Source: an uncultured Chthonomonadaceae bacterium (GTDB taxonomy: Bacteria; Armatimonadota; Chthonomonadetes; Chthonomonadales; Chthonomonadaceae). Taken from it: a stretch of 64,000 nt of DNA. The stretch is from assembly GCA_963835065.1 (NCBI GenBank), contig CAWIEK010000046.1, positions 96,001 to 160,000 on the forward strand, given 5' to 3'. Below the pieces are notes generated by a model. That model saw nothing but the letters and a program-made list of their open reading frames with translations, had not been told where the DNA came from and searched no databases. Position numbers and translations under genes: made by a program. Each line of letters starts with the position of its first letter. Position 1 is the stretch's first letter. Shown here in pieces: positions 41,431 to 52,035 of this stretch.

Positions 41431-43128
41431 TTGATGGCGATGCCGGTGATTTGGACGATTGATGATGATGCCGATGTGTTGCAGGCGGTACGCAATGACT
41501 TGCGGCAGTACGTCAATGCGGCGGCAAAGGCGGCAGGCACGTCCCCGCAATACCGCGTGATGGCCGCGTCTTCCGGGCCGAGCGCGCTGGAAGCCCTGAA
41601 GGAACTGAAAGCGCGGAACGAACCCGTCGCCCTGTTTCTGGTGGATCAGCGGATGCCCGAAATGACCGGCGTGGAGTTTTTGGAGGAAGCGCGTAAGCTG
41701 TACCCGGACGCCAAGCGGATGCTGCTGACCGCGTACTCGGACTCGGACGCGGCCATTCGCGCCATCAACTCGGTGCGCGTGGACTATTATCTCGTCAAGC
41801 CGTGGAGTCCCGCGCATGAAAAACTGTATCCCTATCTGGATCGGCTTCTCGCGGCGTGGCAGCAGGATTACCGCCCCGATTTCGATGGCATCCGCGTAAT
41901 CGGACACCGCTGGTCGCCGCTGACGCACGATGTAAAAGATTTCCTCGCCCGCAACCGCAGCCCGTATCTGTGGATGGATGTGGAAACGGAAAAGGATATA
42001 TGCAATCGCCTGCAAGCGCTTGGATTGGGCGATGAGGATTTGCCGGTCGTGCTGTTTCCCGACGGCTCACATCTGGCGAAACCTTCCACACTGGAACTTG
42101 CCGAAAAACTTGGATTGAAAACGCAGGCGGATGCGGAGTTTTATGATTTGATTATCATTGGTGGCGGGCCGGCTGGACTGGCGGCGGGCGTGTACGGGGC
42201 ATCGGAAGGCTTGAAAACGCTGATGGTCGAGCGGGAAGCGCCGGGCGGGCAGGCGGGAACCAGTTCGCTGATCGAAAACTACCTGGGCTTTCCCGAAGGC
42301 GTGACGGGGCAGGATTTGGCGCAACTGGCAGTTGCGCAGGCAAAGAAATTCAAGGTGGAAATCCTTGCGCCGCAGGAAGTGGTCGGGCTGCGGGTGGAAG
42401 ACCCGTACCGGTACGTGACGCTCAAAGACGGCACTGAAGTGGGCGCGTATGCCATTGTGATTGCAACCGGCGTGACGTGGCGGCGCTTGAATGTGCCGGG
42501 ACTGGAGCCATTGACAGGCGCGGGCGTGTACTATGGCGCGGCGATTACCGAAGCGATGGCGTGTCAGGATGAGCGCGTGTTTATTGTGGGCGGCGCGAAT
42601 TCCGCCGGGCAGGGCGCGATGTACTTTTCCCGCTATGCCAGTCACGTCACGATGCTGCTGCGCGGCGACAGCCTTGCGCGAACCATGTCACAGTATCTTA
42701 TCGAGCAGATCGAAAAAACCTGTAATATCGAAGTGCGAACGTGCGCGCAAGTTGTGAAGGCGCATGGCGAGCATCGGCTGGAAGCGATAGATATTCTGGA
42801 TGCCAACGGCGACAAGGTTGAAACTGTGCCTGCCACGTCCCTGTTTATCTTCATCGGCGCGGAACCCTGTACGGAATGGCTCAACGGCATTGTGGAGCGC
42901 GACGATCACGGCTTCATCCTCACCGGCCCCGACTTGATGCAGGACGGCAAGTACCCGGCAGTCTGGAAACGCGACCGCGACCCGCTTTTGCTGGAAACCA
43001 GCGTACCCGGCATTTTCGCTGCCGGTGATGTGCGGCACGGCTCCGTAAAACGCTGCGCGGCGGGCGTGGGCGCGGGTTCCATTGCCGTACAGTTCGTGCA
43101 TCAATATCTGGCGGAAGTGAGAGGATAG
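41431..43128 (+). CDS. Response-regulator receiver fused to thioredoxin-reductase-like FAD oxidoreductase
   Basis: REC (IDDD, DQRMP, T, KPW); GGGPAG, VGGANSAG, FIFIG, FAAGDV; no CxxC. Confidence 0.9.
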   Translation: MMAMPVIWTIDDDADVLQAVRNDLRQYVNAAAKAAGTSPQYRVMAASSGPSALEALKELKARNEPVALFLVDQRMPEMTGVEFLEEARKLYPDAKRMLLTAYSDSDAAIRAINSVRVDYYLVKPWSPAHEKLYPYLDRLLAAWQQDYRPDFDGIRVIGHRWSPLTHDVKDFLARNRSPYLWMDVETEKDICNRLQALGLGDEDLPVVLFPDGSHLAKPSTLELAEKLGLKTQADAEFYDLIIIGGGPAGLAAGVYGASEGLKTLMVEREAPGGQAGTSSLIENYLGFPEGVTGQDLAQLAVAQAKKFKVEILAPQEVVGLRVEDPYRYVTLKDGTEVGAYAIVIATGVTWRRLNVPGLEPLTGAGVYYGAAITEAMACQDERVFIVGGANSAGQGAMYFSRYASHVTMLLRGDSLARTMSQYLIEQIEKTCNIEVRTCAQVVKAHGEHRLEAIDILDANGDKVETVPATSLFIFIGAEPCTEWLNGIVERDDHGFILTGPDLMQDGKYPAVWKRDRDPLLLETSVPGIFAAGDVRHGSVKRCAAGVGAGSIAVQFVHQYLAEVRG

Positions 43129-43202
43129 GTGTTCAGGTGTTCAGGTGTTCAGGTATTCAGGTATTCGGTATTCGGTATTCGGTGTTCGGTGTTCGGGTGT
43201 TC
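43128..43202 (+). repeat. (GGTGTTCA)/(GGTATTC) tandem repeats
   Basis: Immediately after the TrxR-like stop; related repeats at 44937-45043. Confidence 0.8.
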
Positions 43203-43214
43203 CGATGGCTCGGA

Positions 43215-44930
43215 ATGACCTTGCTCTTGTTGCCGTTGCTGTTGCTTTGTGGGAGGGCGGCAAGGCGTGATGCAGCGTCTGTGATGGTGTTGGATTTTGA
43301 AAGCAATGCCGCGCCGCCTGCCGTTTGGGTAGTCAACATTCCGAATGAGAACGCCTCCGTCACGCTGTCTTCAGACAATCCCTTTGAGGGAAAACGCTGC
43401 CTGAAACTGCATTATCACTTTACGGGCAAGGGCGAGTTTGAATATCTTGGTATTCCCAACAAGGTGAAGATTCAAACGCCGATCCATAAATTGCGCTTCA
43501 TGCTGCGCGGGGATAAATCCGGGTGTACGCATGGGATTCAGATAACGGATGCGTATGGCGAAACCCACCAGTACAAGTCCGGGAGCATTGATTTTACGGG
43601 CTGGAAAGAAAGCGTTTTTGATCTTGACGCCCCGCATGAAACGTGGGGAGGGGATAAGAACGGCAAGATAGATTATCCCATCACCGGGATTACGCTCACC
43701 GTCGGCCAGCCTGCCGACAAAACAAAATTGCCCATCGAGAGCGATCTTGCCTTTCGATGCTGTTCGCGTCGAATCCGACAAAAGCGCCGAAGTCACGCTG
43801 GGCGGCCAGATTGCCGTAACCTCGCCGCGCTTATTGCTCGGACATAAAAGGCGATACGCGCGTAACGCTTGCGGCTCCCGGCTTCAAAAGCGTGACCGTG
43901 AAATGCTGGAAGCAGGGAAGCGGTTTTGGTTCTGATTCCACCGTTGCTACGGTCGCTCTGGATGCGAAAGGCAAGGGTTCCTTTGTGTTTCCCGCCGACG
44001 CTTACCCGCATGGCCCCGATTACGGCGCGGATTATGGGCGACAATGGAACCGTTCACGATACCTGCTATCTCCAGCTTTACAACAAGGGCGGCGTTTCGT
44101 GGAACGAAGGCATACCCAAAACGGCTCCGCCGGCGGCGAAAGGAATGTCGCTGGTCTTTGCCGATGATTTCAAAGGCCCGCTTTCCATCTCTTCTACCGA
44201 CCCGAAAGCGACGTATTACGATCACAAGCCGCCCAACGGCAGTCAGGACTTCAGTTCGCTGACGTTTACCGGGCGCGAGTCGCCCAACAATCCCTTTACG
44301 CAAGTAGACAACTATTTGCGCATCCGGGCCAGCGAGAGAACCCATAGCGCGGGTTTGATTTCCTCTCTGAAAAATGACGCCAGTGGCATCAAGGTGACGC
44401 TGCCCTGCTATTTTGAGTGTCGGCTTCTCGGCCCCAATGCCATCGGAACATGGCCGGCCTTCTGGCTGATGACCGATTACATGACGGACTACAAACTCAA
44501 AGGCGACAAAACCCCCGTAGACGAACTGGACATTATCGAAGCGTATGGCGGGGAAGGTCCGCGCGAACCAAACGCCGGCGATACCTACATGATTACGCCG
44601 CATCGGTGGAATCAGGGCGAAGAAGGGAAAGCCGAGGAAACCAAAGCCTTCGCCGCCATGCGCAACCCGTGCCACATGTCCAAATTCGGTATTCCGTCCA
44701 CGTGGTTCGAGACGTTCCACACCTACGGCTGCAAAATTACCGCTGCCGACACGATCTACTATTGTGACAATATCGAAGTCGGACGCCACGAAACGTTTCC
44801 CGTGTGTAAAGAACGCCCCCTGTTCTTTATGATCAATCTCGCTACGGGGGGAGGATGGCCGGTAGATTTATCCCGCTACGATGGCCTGGCCGATATGTAT
44901 GTGGATTACGTTCTAGTTTATAAACAGTAA
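43215..44930 (+). CDS. Secreted carbohydrate-binding module + GH16-like glycoside hydrolase, frameshifted in several places
   Basis: IDFTGWK CBM-like; LVFADDF, WPAFWL, ELDIIE, FHTYG, INLATGGGW, VDYV. Confidence 0.75.
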
Positions 44931-45051
44931 CTTTTGGGTATTCAGGTGTTCAGATGTTCGAGTATTCAGGACAATGCAAGATTACCGACGTTCATTTCCG
45001 CGCCGTAGGAGCAACACCTGAACACCTGAATATCTGAATACCTGGAGTTGC

Positions 45052-46458
45052 ATGATGCCTACACGCGATGAAGTGCTGTATCCAAAATTGAGTGACGAAC
45101 AGATCGGGTTTTTGGCCCAAAAGGGGCGGGAAGTCTGCTACAAAACGGGCGAGATGATTTTTGAAGAGGGACAGCCTGCGGGCAGCCTGCATATCGTGCT
45201 GGAAGGGCAGGTGCGGGTGACGCGGCAGGAGGGAGTTGCCAACAACCTGATTACCGTGCATGGGCCGGGGGAGTTTACCGGGGAATTGTCGCTGCTCACA
45301 GGCGGAATCAATGTGGCGACGGGGCGGGCGTTGGGCGAGTGCCGGGTTTTGGAAATCAACGCGGAAACGTTTCGGGGCATGTTGGGCAAATGTTCGCCCC
45401 TGACGAATACGGTTGTGCAGGCATTGGCAACGCGGCGTCAGGACGTGGACGCTTTGCAGCAGCAGCGTGAAAAGCTGGCGTCGTTGGGCCTGATGGCAGC
45501 GGGGTTGGCGCACGAATTGAACAACCCCGCTGGCGCGGCCCTGAGCGCGGTGCAAACCCTGCGCGATACGTTCCACACGCAGCAAACCCTGACGCTGCAA
45601 TTGCACCGCTCCACCAAACTGCCGCCCGAACAACACGCCTTTCTCATTGATTTCGCCTGCGAAGCGACCGACAAAAAACTCAAGGCCGAACCGCTCGATC
45701 CAATTACGCAGAGTGACCGGGAAGAAGAGTTGATTGCCTGGCTGGACGAGTACGAAGTTGCCGACAGTTACGAACTCGCGCCGACGTTTGTGGCGAACGG
45801 ATTAGACAAGGTCGCGCTGCACAAGGTCGTGGAGACGGTAGATTGCGAAGTTTTGTGCGACGTGTTCGCCTGGCTGGAAGCGCTGCTGAAAATGCGCGGA
45901 CTGATGGATCAGATCGAAAGCAGCACGAGCCGCGTGTCCAAACTGGTCACGTCGGTAAAGAAGTACACGTACATGGATCAGGCTCCCATTCAGGAGATTG
46001 ACGTACACGAGGGCCTGGACGACACGCTGACCATGTTGGGCTACAAACTGAAAAAGGCGAGTATCACGGTAGTACGCGAGTATGCGCCCGGCCTGCCCCG
46101 CATCTGCGCGTATGGCAGCGAACTCAATCAGGCGTGGACAAACCTGATTATCAACGCCGTAGACGCGCTGGAAACCGTAAACACCAAACGCGCCCTGCAC
46201 ATACGCACCAAGCCGTCCGGCGACAGCGTGATTGTGGAAATCGAAGACAACGGGCCGGGGATTCCCATCGCCATACAGGATCGCGTGTTCGACCCGTTCT
46301 TCACCACCAAAGATGTCGGCAAGGGTACGGGCATGGGGCTTGACATCACCAACCGCATTATCACCAAGCGCCATCACGGCGACTTGCAGCTCCTCTCCGA
46401 ACCCGGCAGCACGTGTTTTCGCATCCGGCTGCCGATCAAGCCCGTGACCGGTGATTAA
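45052..46458 (+). CDS. cNMP-binding sensor histidine kinase
   Basis: GEFTGELSLL cNMP domain; AHELNNP H-box; NLIINAVDA, DNGPGI, FFTTK, GTGMGL. Confidence 0.92.
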   Translation: MMPTRDEVLYPKLSDEQIGFLAQKGREVCYKTGEMIFEEGQPAGSLHIVLEGQVRVTRQEGVANNLITVHGPGEFTGELSLLTGGINVATGRALGECRVLEINAETFRGMLGKCSPLTNTVVQALATRRQDVDALQQQREKLASLGLMAAGLAHELNNPAGAALSAVQTLRDTFHTQQTLTLQLHRSTKLPPEQHAFLIDFACEATDKKLKAEPLDPITQSDREEELIAWLDEYEVADSYELAPTFVANGLDKVALHKVVETVDCEVLCDVFAWLEALLKMRGLMDQIESSTSRVSKLVTSVKKYTYMDQAPIQEIDVHEGLDDTLTMLGYKLKKASITVVREYAPGLPRICAYGSELNQAWTNLIINAVDALETVNTKRALHIRTKPSGDSVIVEIEDNGPGIPIAIQDRVFDPFFTTKDVGKGTGMGLDITNRIITKRHHGDLQLLSEPGSTCFRIRLPIKPVTGD

Positions 46459-46461
46459 GAA

Positions 46462-46548
46462 CCTGTCCCATTAGGCCGGATACTGAAAGTACCCGGCAGG
46501 AAAATACAAGCGTCTTGCAGACGCAACTGCCGCGCCTATTGGGAGAGG
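46462..46548. repeat. Dispersed REP-like palindromic element, copy 2
   Basis: Inverted copy of 11655-11733. Confidence 0.7.
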
Positions 46549-46626
46549 CTCTAAGTAGTTGATAGTTGATTGCGATGACAGGTTTAGGCGTCTAAAAACG
46601 AAACACATCGGGAACGGCGCGGCATG

Positions 46627-48030
46627 TTACCCAAGAGGAAAAGTCACAAGCACCCGCGCCCCGCCGCCGGTACGATTTTGATACAAGACCTCTCCGCGCA
46701 AGTCGTAGCGGCTGATGGTTTCCACCAGTTCTACCCCGGTATTGGCCGAGGTAAGCGGATCAAATCCCGGCGGAAACCCTTCCCCCTCGTCGCAGACTTC
46801 AAACTTACCCCTGTTTTCCTCTACGGCGAAGACAATTTCGATGTTGCCCTTGCCATGCTTGGTAGCGTTGCTCACCAGTTCATTGGCAAGCACGGCTAAG
46901 GAGGTTGCCTGACGTATGGGCAGGAGAATATCTTCGACCTGAAAGCGGAGGTTTCGGCCTTGGGTTATGCCCTGCAGCAGAGGATACAAGCGGTCCAGCG
47001 TCGCTCGTGTGGAGAGATATTCGGTTGCGCCTCCCTGTTTACTTTGGTGCGTGAGAAGATCATGAATAACCGCAAGCCCCCGGATGTGCTGGCTCAGGCG
47101 CACCAGTTCCGTAGTGGGAATGGCGTCCATGCCGGTTCCGATTTGCATTTCCACCAGAGCGGAAATTACCTGCAGGTTGTTTTTGACCCGATGGTGTGTT
47201 TCCGTCATTGCCCGCTGTAAGTGCTGGTTGAGAGCCTCAATACGGAGTTGATGCTCATGCAAGGCTTGCTCGGCCTGGCGGCGCTCCGTAAAGTCGCGGA
47301 ACACCAGAACCACTCCGAGTATCACGCCCTCGCGGTTGCAGATGGGCGCTCCGCTGTCGTCTATAGGGCGGCGGGCGCCATCCCGCGCTACTAGCAGGGT
47401 ATGATTGGCAAGGCCGACGACGCGCTTTTCGCGCAAAACTTTCGTGACCGGGCTTTCCACCGGGAGAAGGGTTTCTTCATTGACGATCACAAAAACATCG
47501 TCCAGCGCCCTGCCAAGCGCTTCTGCCTGCGGCCATCCTGTCAATTCCTCCGCAACCGGGTTCACGAAAGTCACCCGTCCGAGCGCATCCGTTGTTATCA
47601 CCGCGTCGCCGATGCTATGGAGGGTCGTTGAGAGCCACAGCCGGGCTTCTTCCGCCGTCCGCCTGGCTTGTAGTATTTCGTCTTCATAGCGGCTGCGCTG
47701 GCGTACCACCATGAAAACGCAGTCATTGACGAACGCCCCATTTTGCTCGCGCCGAACGGCGTTGACCAGCATTGGCAGTTCGCCGCCTTCGGCGGTGCGC
47801 AGGGAAAGATACACCTCTTCTGCCTGCCCCGTAAGCTTAAGCAGTGGAAAGAAATGGGTCTGGTAGAAGATACGGCTGGCGACCGGCAGAAGCGTTTCAA
47901 AATGCCGCCCGTTCAACGTATCCGGCTCATACCCGAGCCACCGGAGCAGGGTGGCGTTGGCGGCAAGAATCCTGCCGTCATCGCCGAAGGAGACGAAACC
48001 ACAGGGAACGGTGTCGAGAAGGGAGTCCAT
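46627..48030 (-). CDS. PAS-PAS sensor histidine kinase (HisKA_2 type) with RsbP-like N-terminal PAS
   Basis: IFYQTHFFPLL; SIGDAVITTD; HHRVKNNLQ; NELVSNA; DEGEG. Confidence 0.9.
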   Translation of the reverse strand: MDSLLDTVPCGFVSFGDDGRILAANATLLRWLGYEPDTLNGRHFETLLPVASRIFYQTHFFPLLKLTGQAEEVYLSLRTAEGGELPMLVNAVRREQNGAFVNDCVFMVVRQRSRYEDEILQARRTAEEARLWLSTTLHSIGDAVITTDALGRVTFVNPVAEELTGWPQAEALGRALDDVFVIVNEETLLPVESPVTKVLREKRVVGLANHTLLVARDGARRPIDDSGAPICNREGVILGVVLVFRDFTERRQAEQALHEHQLRIEALNQHLQRAMTETHHRVKNNLQVISALVEMQIGTGMDAIPTTELVRLSQHIRGLAVIHDLLTHQSKQGGATEYLSTRATLDRLYPLLQGITQGRNLRFQVEDILLPIRQATSLAVLANELVSNATKHGKGNIEIVFAVEENRGKFEVCDEGEGFPPGFDPLTSANTGVELVETISRYDLRGEVLYQNRTGGGARVLVTFPLG

Positions 48031-48036
48031 ACCAAT

Positions 48037-48858
48037 TTATCCACTGCCCGGCGATGTGACATTCAAGTAATCTTTTATCGCGCGGACAGTCTCTTCGGGG
48101 TGGCTCATGTGCGGGCAGTGCCCCGTCGCCGCCATTAAGCGCAGCGTACTGTCAGGAAGGTGGCGATGCAGGTAGTGGCCTACCTCTACCGGCGCGATCA
48201 AATCCTCGGCGCACTGCAAAATCAGGGAGGGAACGGGCACTTTGGGCAAGTCCTCGCGGTTGTCGCCGAAGAACGTGACCTCGGCGAAGCGACGCGCGAT
48301 AACCGGGTCGGTGGAACAGAAACTCGCCTCCAACTCCTGCCCCAGTCCCGGTTCCTGTGGATTCGCCATGACAACGGGAGCAAGGTAGTGCGCCCACCCC
48401 ATGTAGTTCTTTTCCATCATCGCAAGCAGGCCTTCAATGTCGGCCCGCTCGAAGCCGCCCACATAATCGGGAGGGGCGTTGAGGTAGCGCGGCGAGGGGC
48501 TGACCAGAATCAGTCGCTCGAAGCGTTCGGGCTGGCGGATAGCCGCCAGCATGCCAACCACGCCGCTCACCGAATGTCCCACGAAGATAATGTCAGACAA
48601 TTCAAGGGCTTCACAGACATCAAGCACGTCCCGGGCATAACCCTGGAGGCTGCCGTAGCGTTCGAGGCTGTAAGCGGCCAGGTCCGATTTGCCGGACCCG
48701 ACATAATCCATGAGGATGATTCGATAGTCCTCTTCAAAGGCCGGCGTGACGAAGCGCCACATGTTCTGATCGCACCCGAAGCCATGTGCAAACAGCATGG
48801 GCTGCGTCCCTTTGCCGAACACATTTACGTTATTGCGAGCCAAAACGTTCTGAGGCAT
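48037..48858 (-). CDS. rsbQ: RsbQ/KAI2-like alpha/beta hydrolase
   Basis: [35 protein letters not shown]. Confidence 0.88.
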   Translation of the reverse strand: MPQNVLARNNVNVFGKGTQPMLFAHGFGCDQNMWRFVTPAFEEDYRIILMDYVGSGKSDLAAYSLERYGSLQGYARDVLDVCEALELSDIIFVGHSVSGVVGMLAAIRQPERFERLILVSPSPRYLNAPPDYVGGFERADIEGLLAMMEKNYMGWAHYLAPVVMANPQEPGLGQELEASFCSTDPVIARRFAEVTFFGDNREDLPKVPVPSLILQCAEDLIAPVEVGHYLHRHLPDSTLRLMAATGHCPHMSHPEETVRAIKDYLNVTSPGSG

Positions 48859-49097
48859 TGTAATCCTCCTTTGCTTCAAAATCCCTCCTATTGTAGCCGA
48901 ATGGCGCTGAATTTGCTGCTGTTGCGAGGGAGAATACCAAAAATCTGTAGACAAAGAAGGAGAATTCTTGTGTGTCAGGGAACAGGAGTCAATCAGGAAG
49001 GAATGAAGTCGCGCGCTTTGCGTATTTCGTATTTTCAGGCGCTTATTTGCTGTTGGCGAGGCATTGCGATTCGCATTCCGCCGCTATGGGAGATTCC

Positions 49098-49367
49098 ATG
49101 ACCAAAACATGTACGCATCTTGATCACATCCATGACGTGCAGCCGAGCGCGAAGGGCTGCGAGGAATGTTTGAAAATGGGCGATACGTGGGTACACCTGC
49201 GTATGTGCCGGGAGTGCGGGCACGTCGGCTGCTGCGACTCCTCCAAAAACAAACATGCCACCAAGCATTTCCACGCTACCAGCCATCCCGTCATGCAGTC
49301 GTTCCAGCCGGGCGAAGACTGGTACTGGTGCTATGTGGATCAACTCATGTTTGAACTGCAATCCTGA
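49098..49367 (+). CDS. UBP-type zinc finger protein
   Basis: CTHL, CEEC, WVHLRMCRECGHVGCCDSSKNKHATKHF, WYWCYVD. Confidence 0.92.
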   Translation: MTKTCTHLDHIHDVQPSAKGCEECLKMGDTWVHLRMCRECGHVGCCDSSKNKHATKHFHATSHPVMQSFQPGEDWYWCYVDQLMFELQS

Positions 49368-49405
49368 AACTTACCTGGTCGTATGTCAAAAGACAGGAGC
49401 ATCAC

Positions 49406-49687
49406 ATGCTTGCCAGTCTTATCACCCTGATGGGAGTAATCGCCTTCCTTGCCGTCGGAATAGGGGTGTTTCTCATAGTCGTTGGTATTGCGATTCATGT
49501 TGGAATGTCATTGGTAGAAACCATACGGCATTTACGGAGTCCCGCTCCCCAATACCATGAAGACTACTCGCCGCAAGTACATCCAATCGTTGAACGCTTC
49601 GTTAAAATAGGAGCGGGAACGCTTATATTAGGCACTATGATGGTATTTCTTACACTTTGGCTTGGCTGTGCTTTTCCTAAAAGGTGA
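49406..49687 (+). CDS. Small membrane protein
   Basis: RBS aggag; two hydrophobic segments. Confidence 0.55.
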   Translation: MLASLITLMGVIAFLAVGIGVFLIVVGIAIHVGMSLVETIRHLRSPAPQYHEDYSPQVHPIVERFVKIGAGTLILGTMMVFLTLWLGCAFPKR

Positions 49688-49745
49688 ATATAACATTGTT
49701 GCGGCAGTGAACTGGTATCTTTGCTATACTCGTCAAAGAGAACTT

Positions 49746-49996
49746 TCATTCAAGCGGCAACCCTTCCAGCAGTTTTTGTCCTGCCATTTGAATAGCCTGT
49801 ACAGCCTGTTCGCGGGTAACAGTGGGAAAACATTCGAGAAAAACGTCAAGGCTTTCGCCACCGGCGAGGTAATCCCATAAATCCTGAACAGGAACCCGCG
49901 TCCCGGTGAAGCAGGGCATACCGCCCATGCGTTCCGCATCAATGGAAACGATTGTGGAACGTGGATCGAAAGGCGGAACTTGCTCCGTATTTGTTT
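49746..49996 (-). CDS. DUF433 antitoxin; 5' end abuts the IS630
   Basis: IVSIDAERMGGMPCFTGTRVPV...GGES...FPTVTREQ. Confidence 0.8.
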
Positions 49997-49998
49997 TA

Positions 49999-51074
49999 TA
50001 CTAACGGCGGGTGATAAGTTCATGGTGTAAAATAAAGGGCATGAAACGCCTTCTTACCCTTACCGACGACCAACGCGCCGAACTTGTTCGCCGCTACAAA
50101 ACCGAAAAGAATGTGCGGCTCCGCGACCGCCTCCAATGTGTTCTCTTGAAAGCGGACGGGCGTACCAACCGCGACATTGCAGCCGTCCTCTTTACCAGCG
50201 AACAGAGCGTACATGATTGGCTCGACCGCTAGGAGAGAGGCGGACTAGACGCTCTGTGCGCGTGGGACGTGGGAGGTTCTGAGCCTCACCTCACTCCCAC
50301 GCAACTCGAACAACTCTCTGAGGAAGTAGACAAAACCCACTTTCAGACGGCCAAGCACGTCTGCGCGTGGGTGCAACACACCTTCGGCGTGGGCTACTCG
50401 GAACGCGCAATGCGCGAGTTGCTCCACCGTCTGGGCTACTCCCGTCAGAAAGCGCATCTGGTTCCTGCCCAGGCCGACCCGGCCGCGCAGGAAGATTTTT
50501 TAAAGGAGTATGAGCAAGCCAAGCGCGAGCGAACGTCAGACGCGCAAGTGCTGTTTGCCGATGCGGTTCACTTCCTGCACAATGTGCATCCGGGCTGTTT
50601 GTGGGCCAAGCGCGGAAAGCGTCCGGCCTTATGCGCCAACTCCGGTCGCTCCCGTTACAGCGTGTTGGGCAGTTACTCCGCTGTGGACGGGCAGTATGTG
50701 GGCGTGGCGACGGCGGGGATGATCAATGCGCAGACCGTCCTCACGTGGATAGACGCTTTAGAAGCGGCGTTTCCCGACGCCTCTACCATTACGGTGTATG
50801 TGGACAATGCCCGCTACTTTCATGCCCGCCTGGTCAAAGCGCATCTGGTGGGCAAACGCGTTGTTTTGGTGTACTTGCCGCCCTACTCGTCCAACCTCAA
50901 TCTGATTGAGCGCTTGTGGAAGTTTTGCAAGAAGCGGGTCTTGTGCCACTTCTACCAGACGTTCGCGCAGTTCACCGAGGCGATTGAGGCGTTTTTCGCC
51001 GACATTGGACGCTACAAGGAGGAATTAGCCACTCTGATGACCGAGAACTTTGAACTTCTCACCTGCCGTTAGTA
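49999..51074 (+). mobile_element. IS630-family insertion sequence; transposase 50041..51072 has an in-frame TAG at 50230
   Basis: Terminal IRs tactaacggcgggtgataagttca / tgaacttctcacctgccgttagta flanked by TA; VDNARYFH, LPPYSSNLNLIERLW. Confidence 0.92.
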
Positions 51075-51131
51075 TATACAGCAAGCTTGCCGTTTCTGGT
51101 GTGGTCAACTGCTCCCGAACAGCCATCTCCG

Positions 51132-51710
51132 CTACGAAAGTAGCATTCGGCAGCAGAAGTTGACATGTCGGCCAGTCCTCATAGCCGCTTCCGTTTCAGC
51201 CTGCACCCAGAATACAACATCGTATTCTTCCCCAAAACGGTAGGTATATTCTATCGCCAACTGACTTTTACCGACGCCTCCCGAGCCTGAAACCCCGGCG
51301 ACATGGCTTTCCGTCAAATTGGCTCTAAGCGTCTTCAGTTCCTGTTCGCGTCCTGTAAAAAACATGTTCCGTGGGAAGGGGAGCGAATTTAACTTTTTAG
51401 TGTCACGCGCCTCTGTTGGGAATGGTTCATAGCAAGAAGGATCAATTGTAGCACCAAACACAACAAATAAATTTATGAGGCCGGCGTGATTGACGGCATG
51501 ACTGCCAGTGAGTATATTTCGGACAGTATTATGAGAGACCTTGTATCCTCCATTGGTTCTAGCTTCGTCCTGAGACTTGTTGGCTATCTTGGTATATAGC
51601 GCCTCGCCCGCACAATCCGTAGATAGCTCAGATAACTTGGGCTGCAGGCGTTTGTAGCCAATATCAGTAAGGCGTAAACTCTTCGCGGTATTTTGTCGTT
51701 CATTCCCCAT
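51132..51710 (-). pseudogene. Truncated NB-ARC protein (N-terminal domain and Walker A only)
   Basis: LPFPRNMFFTGRE, GSGGVGKSQLAIEY, VFWVQAE, then similarity is lost. Confidence 0.75.
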
Positions 51711-52035
51711 TCTTACTTCCTCACTTCTGCTTCACGCTTGCATCCATTCATTTCCAAATCAATCCAACAACGTTTGCCTCTTGCAACTAAATTTAAATTT
51801 CCAACTTGTTACCAACAATGTTCAGGTTTCCTAGACGAATAACGTTGGTTGGAATACACTATTCTCGTTGAATGGTACGAATTCCTGCGCTTTCGCCACA
51901 AAAAAGCACTGCAGATTTCACATTGGGCGAATTCATTGGGGAGCGAGTCTAATCCCACCCGGAAAGGAGCAAGGCCAGCGATTATTTCATCAACTGCCAT
52001 AACATCGTGTTCACTTTACCATCTGGAGGTTTACT

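Noticed and set aside
50230..50232. TAG recoding (pyrrolysine or readthrough) in the transposase
   Set aside because: The position corresponds to a usual Tyr/Phe in the HTH region; a simple nonsense mutation or sequencing error is more parsimonious.
51900..52030. Riboswitch or ncRNA upstream of 52036 (also 57010-57060)
   Set aside because: I could not match a convincing consensus by eye; an Infernal/Rfam search would be needed.
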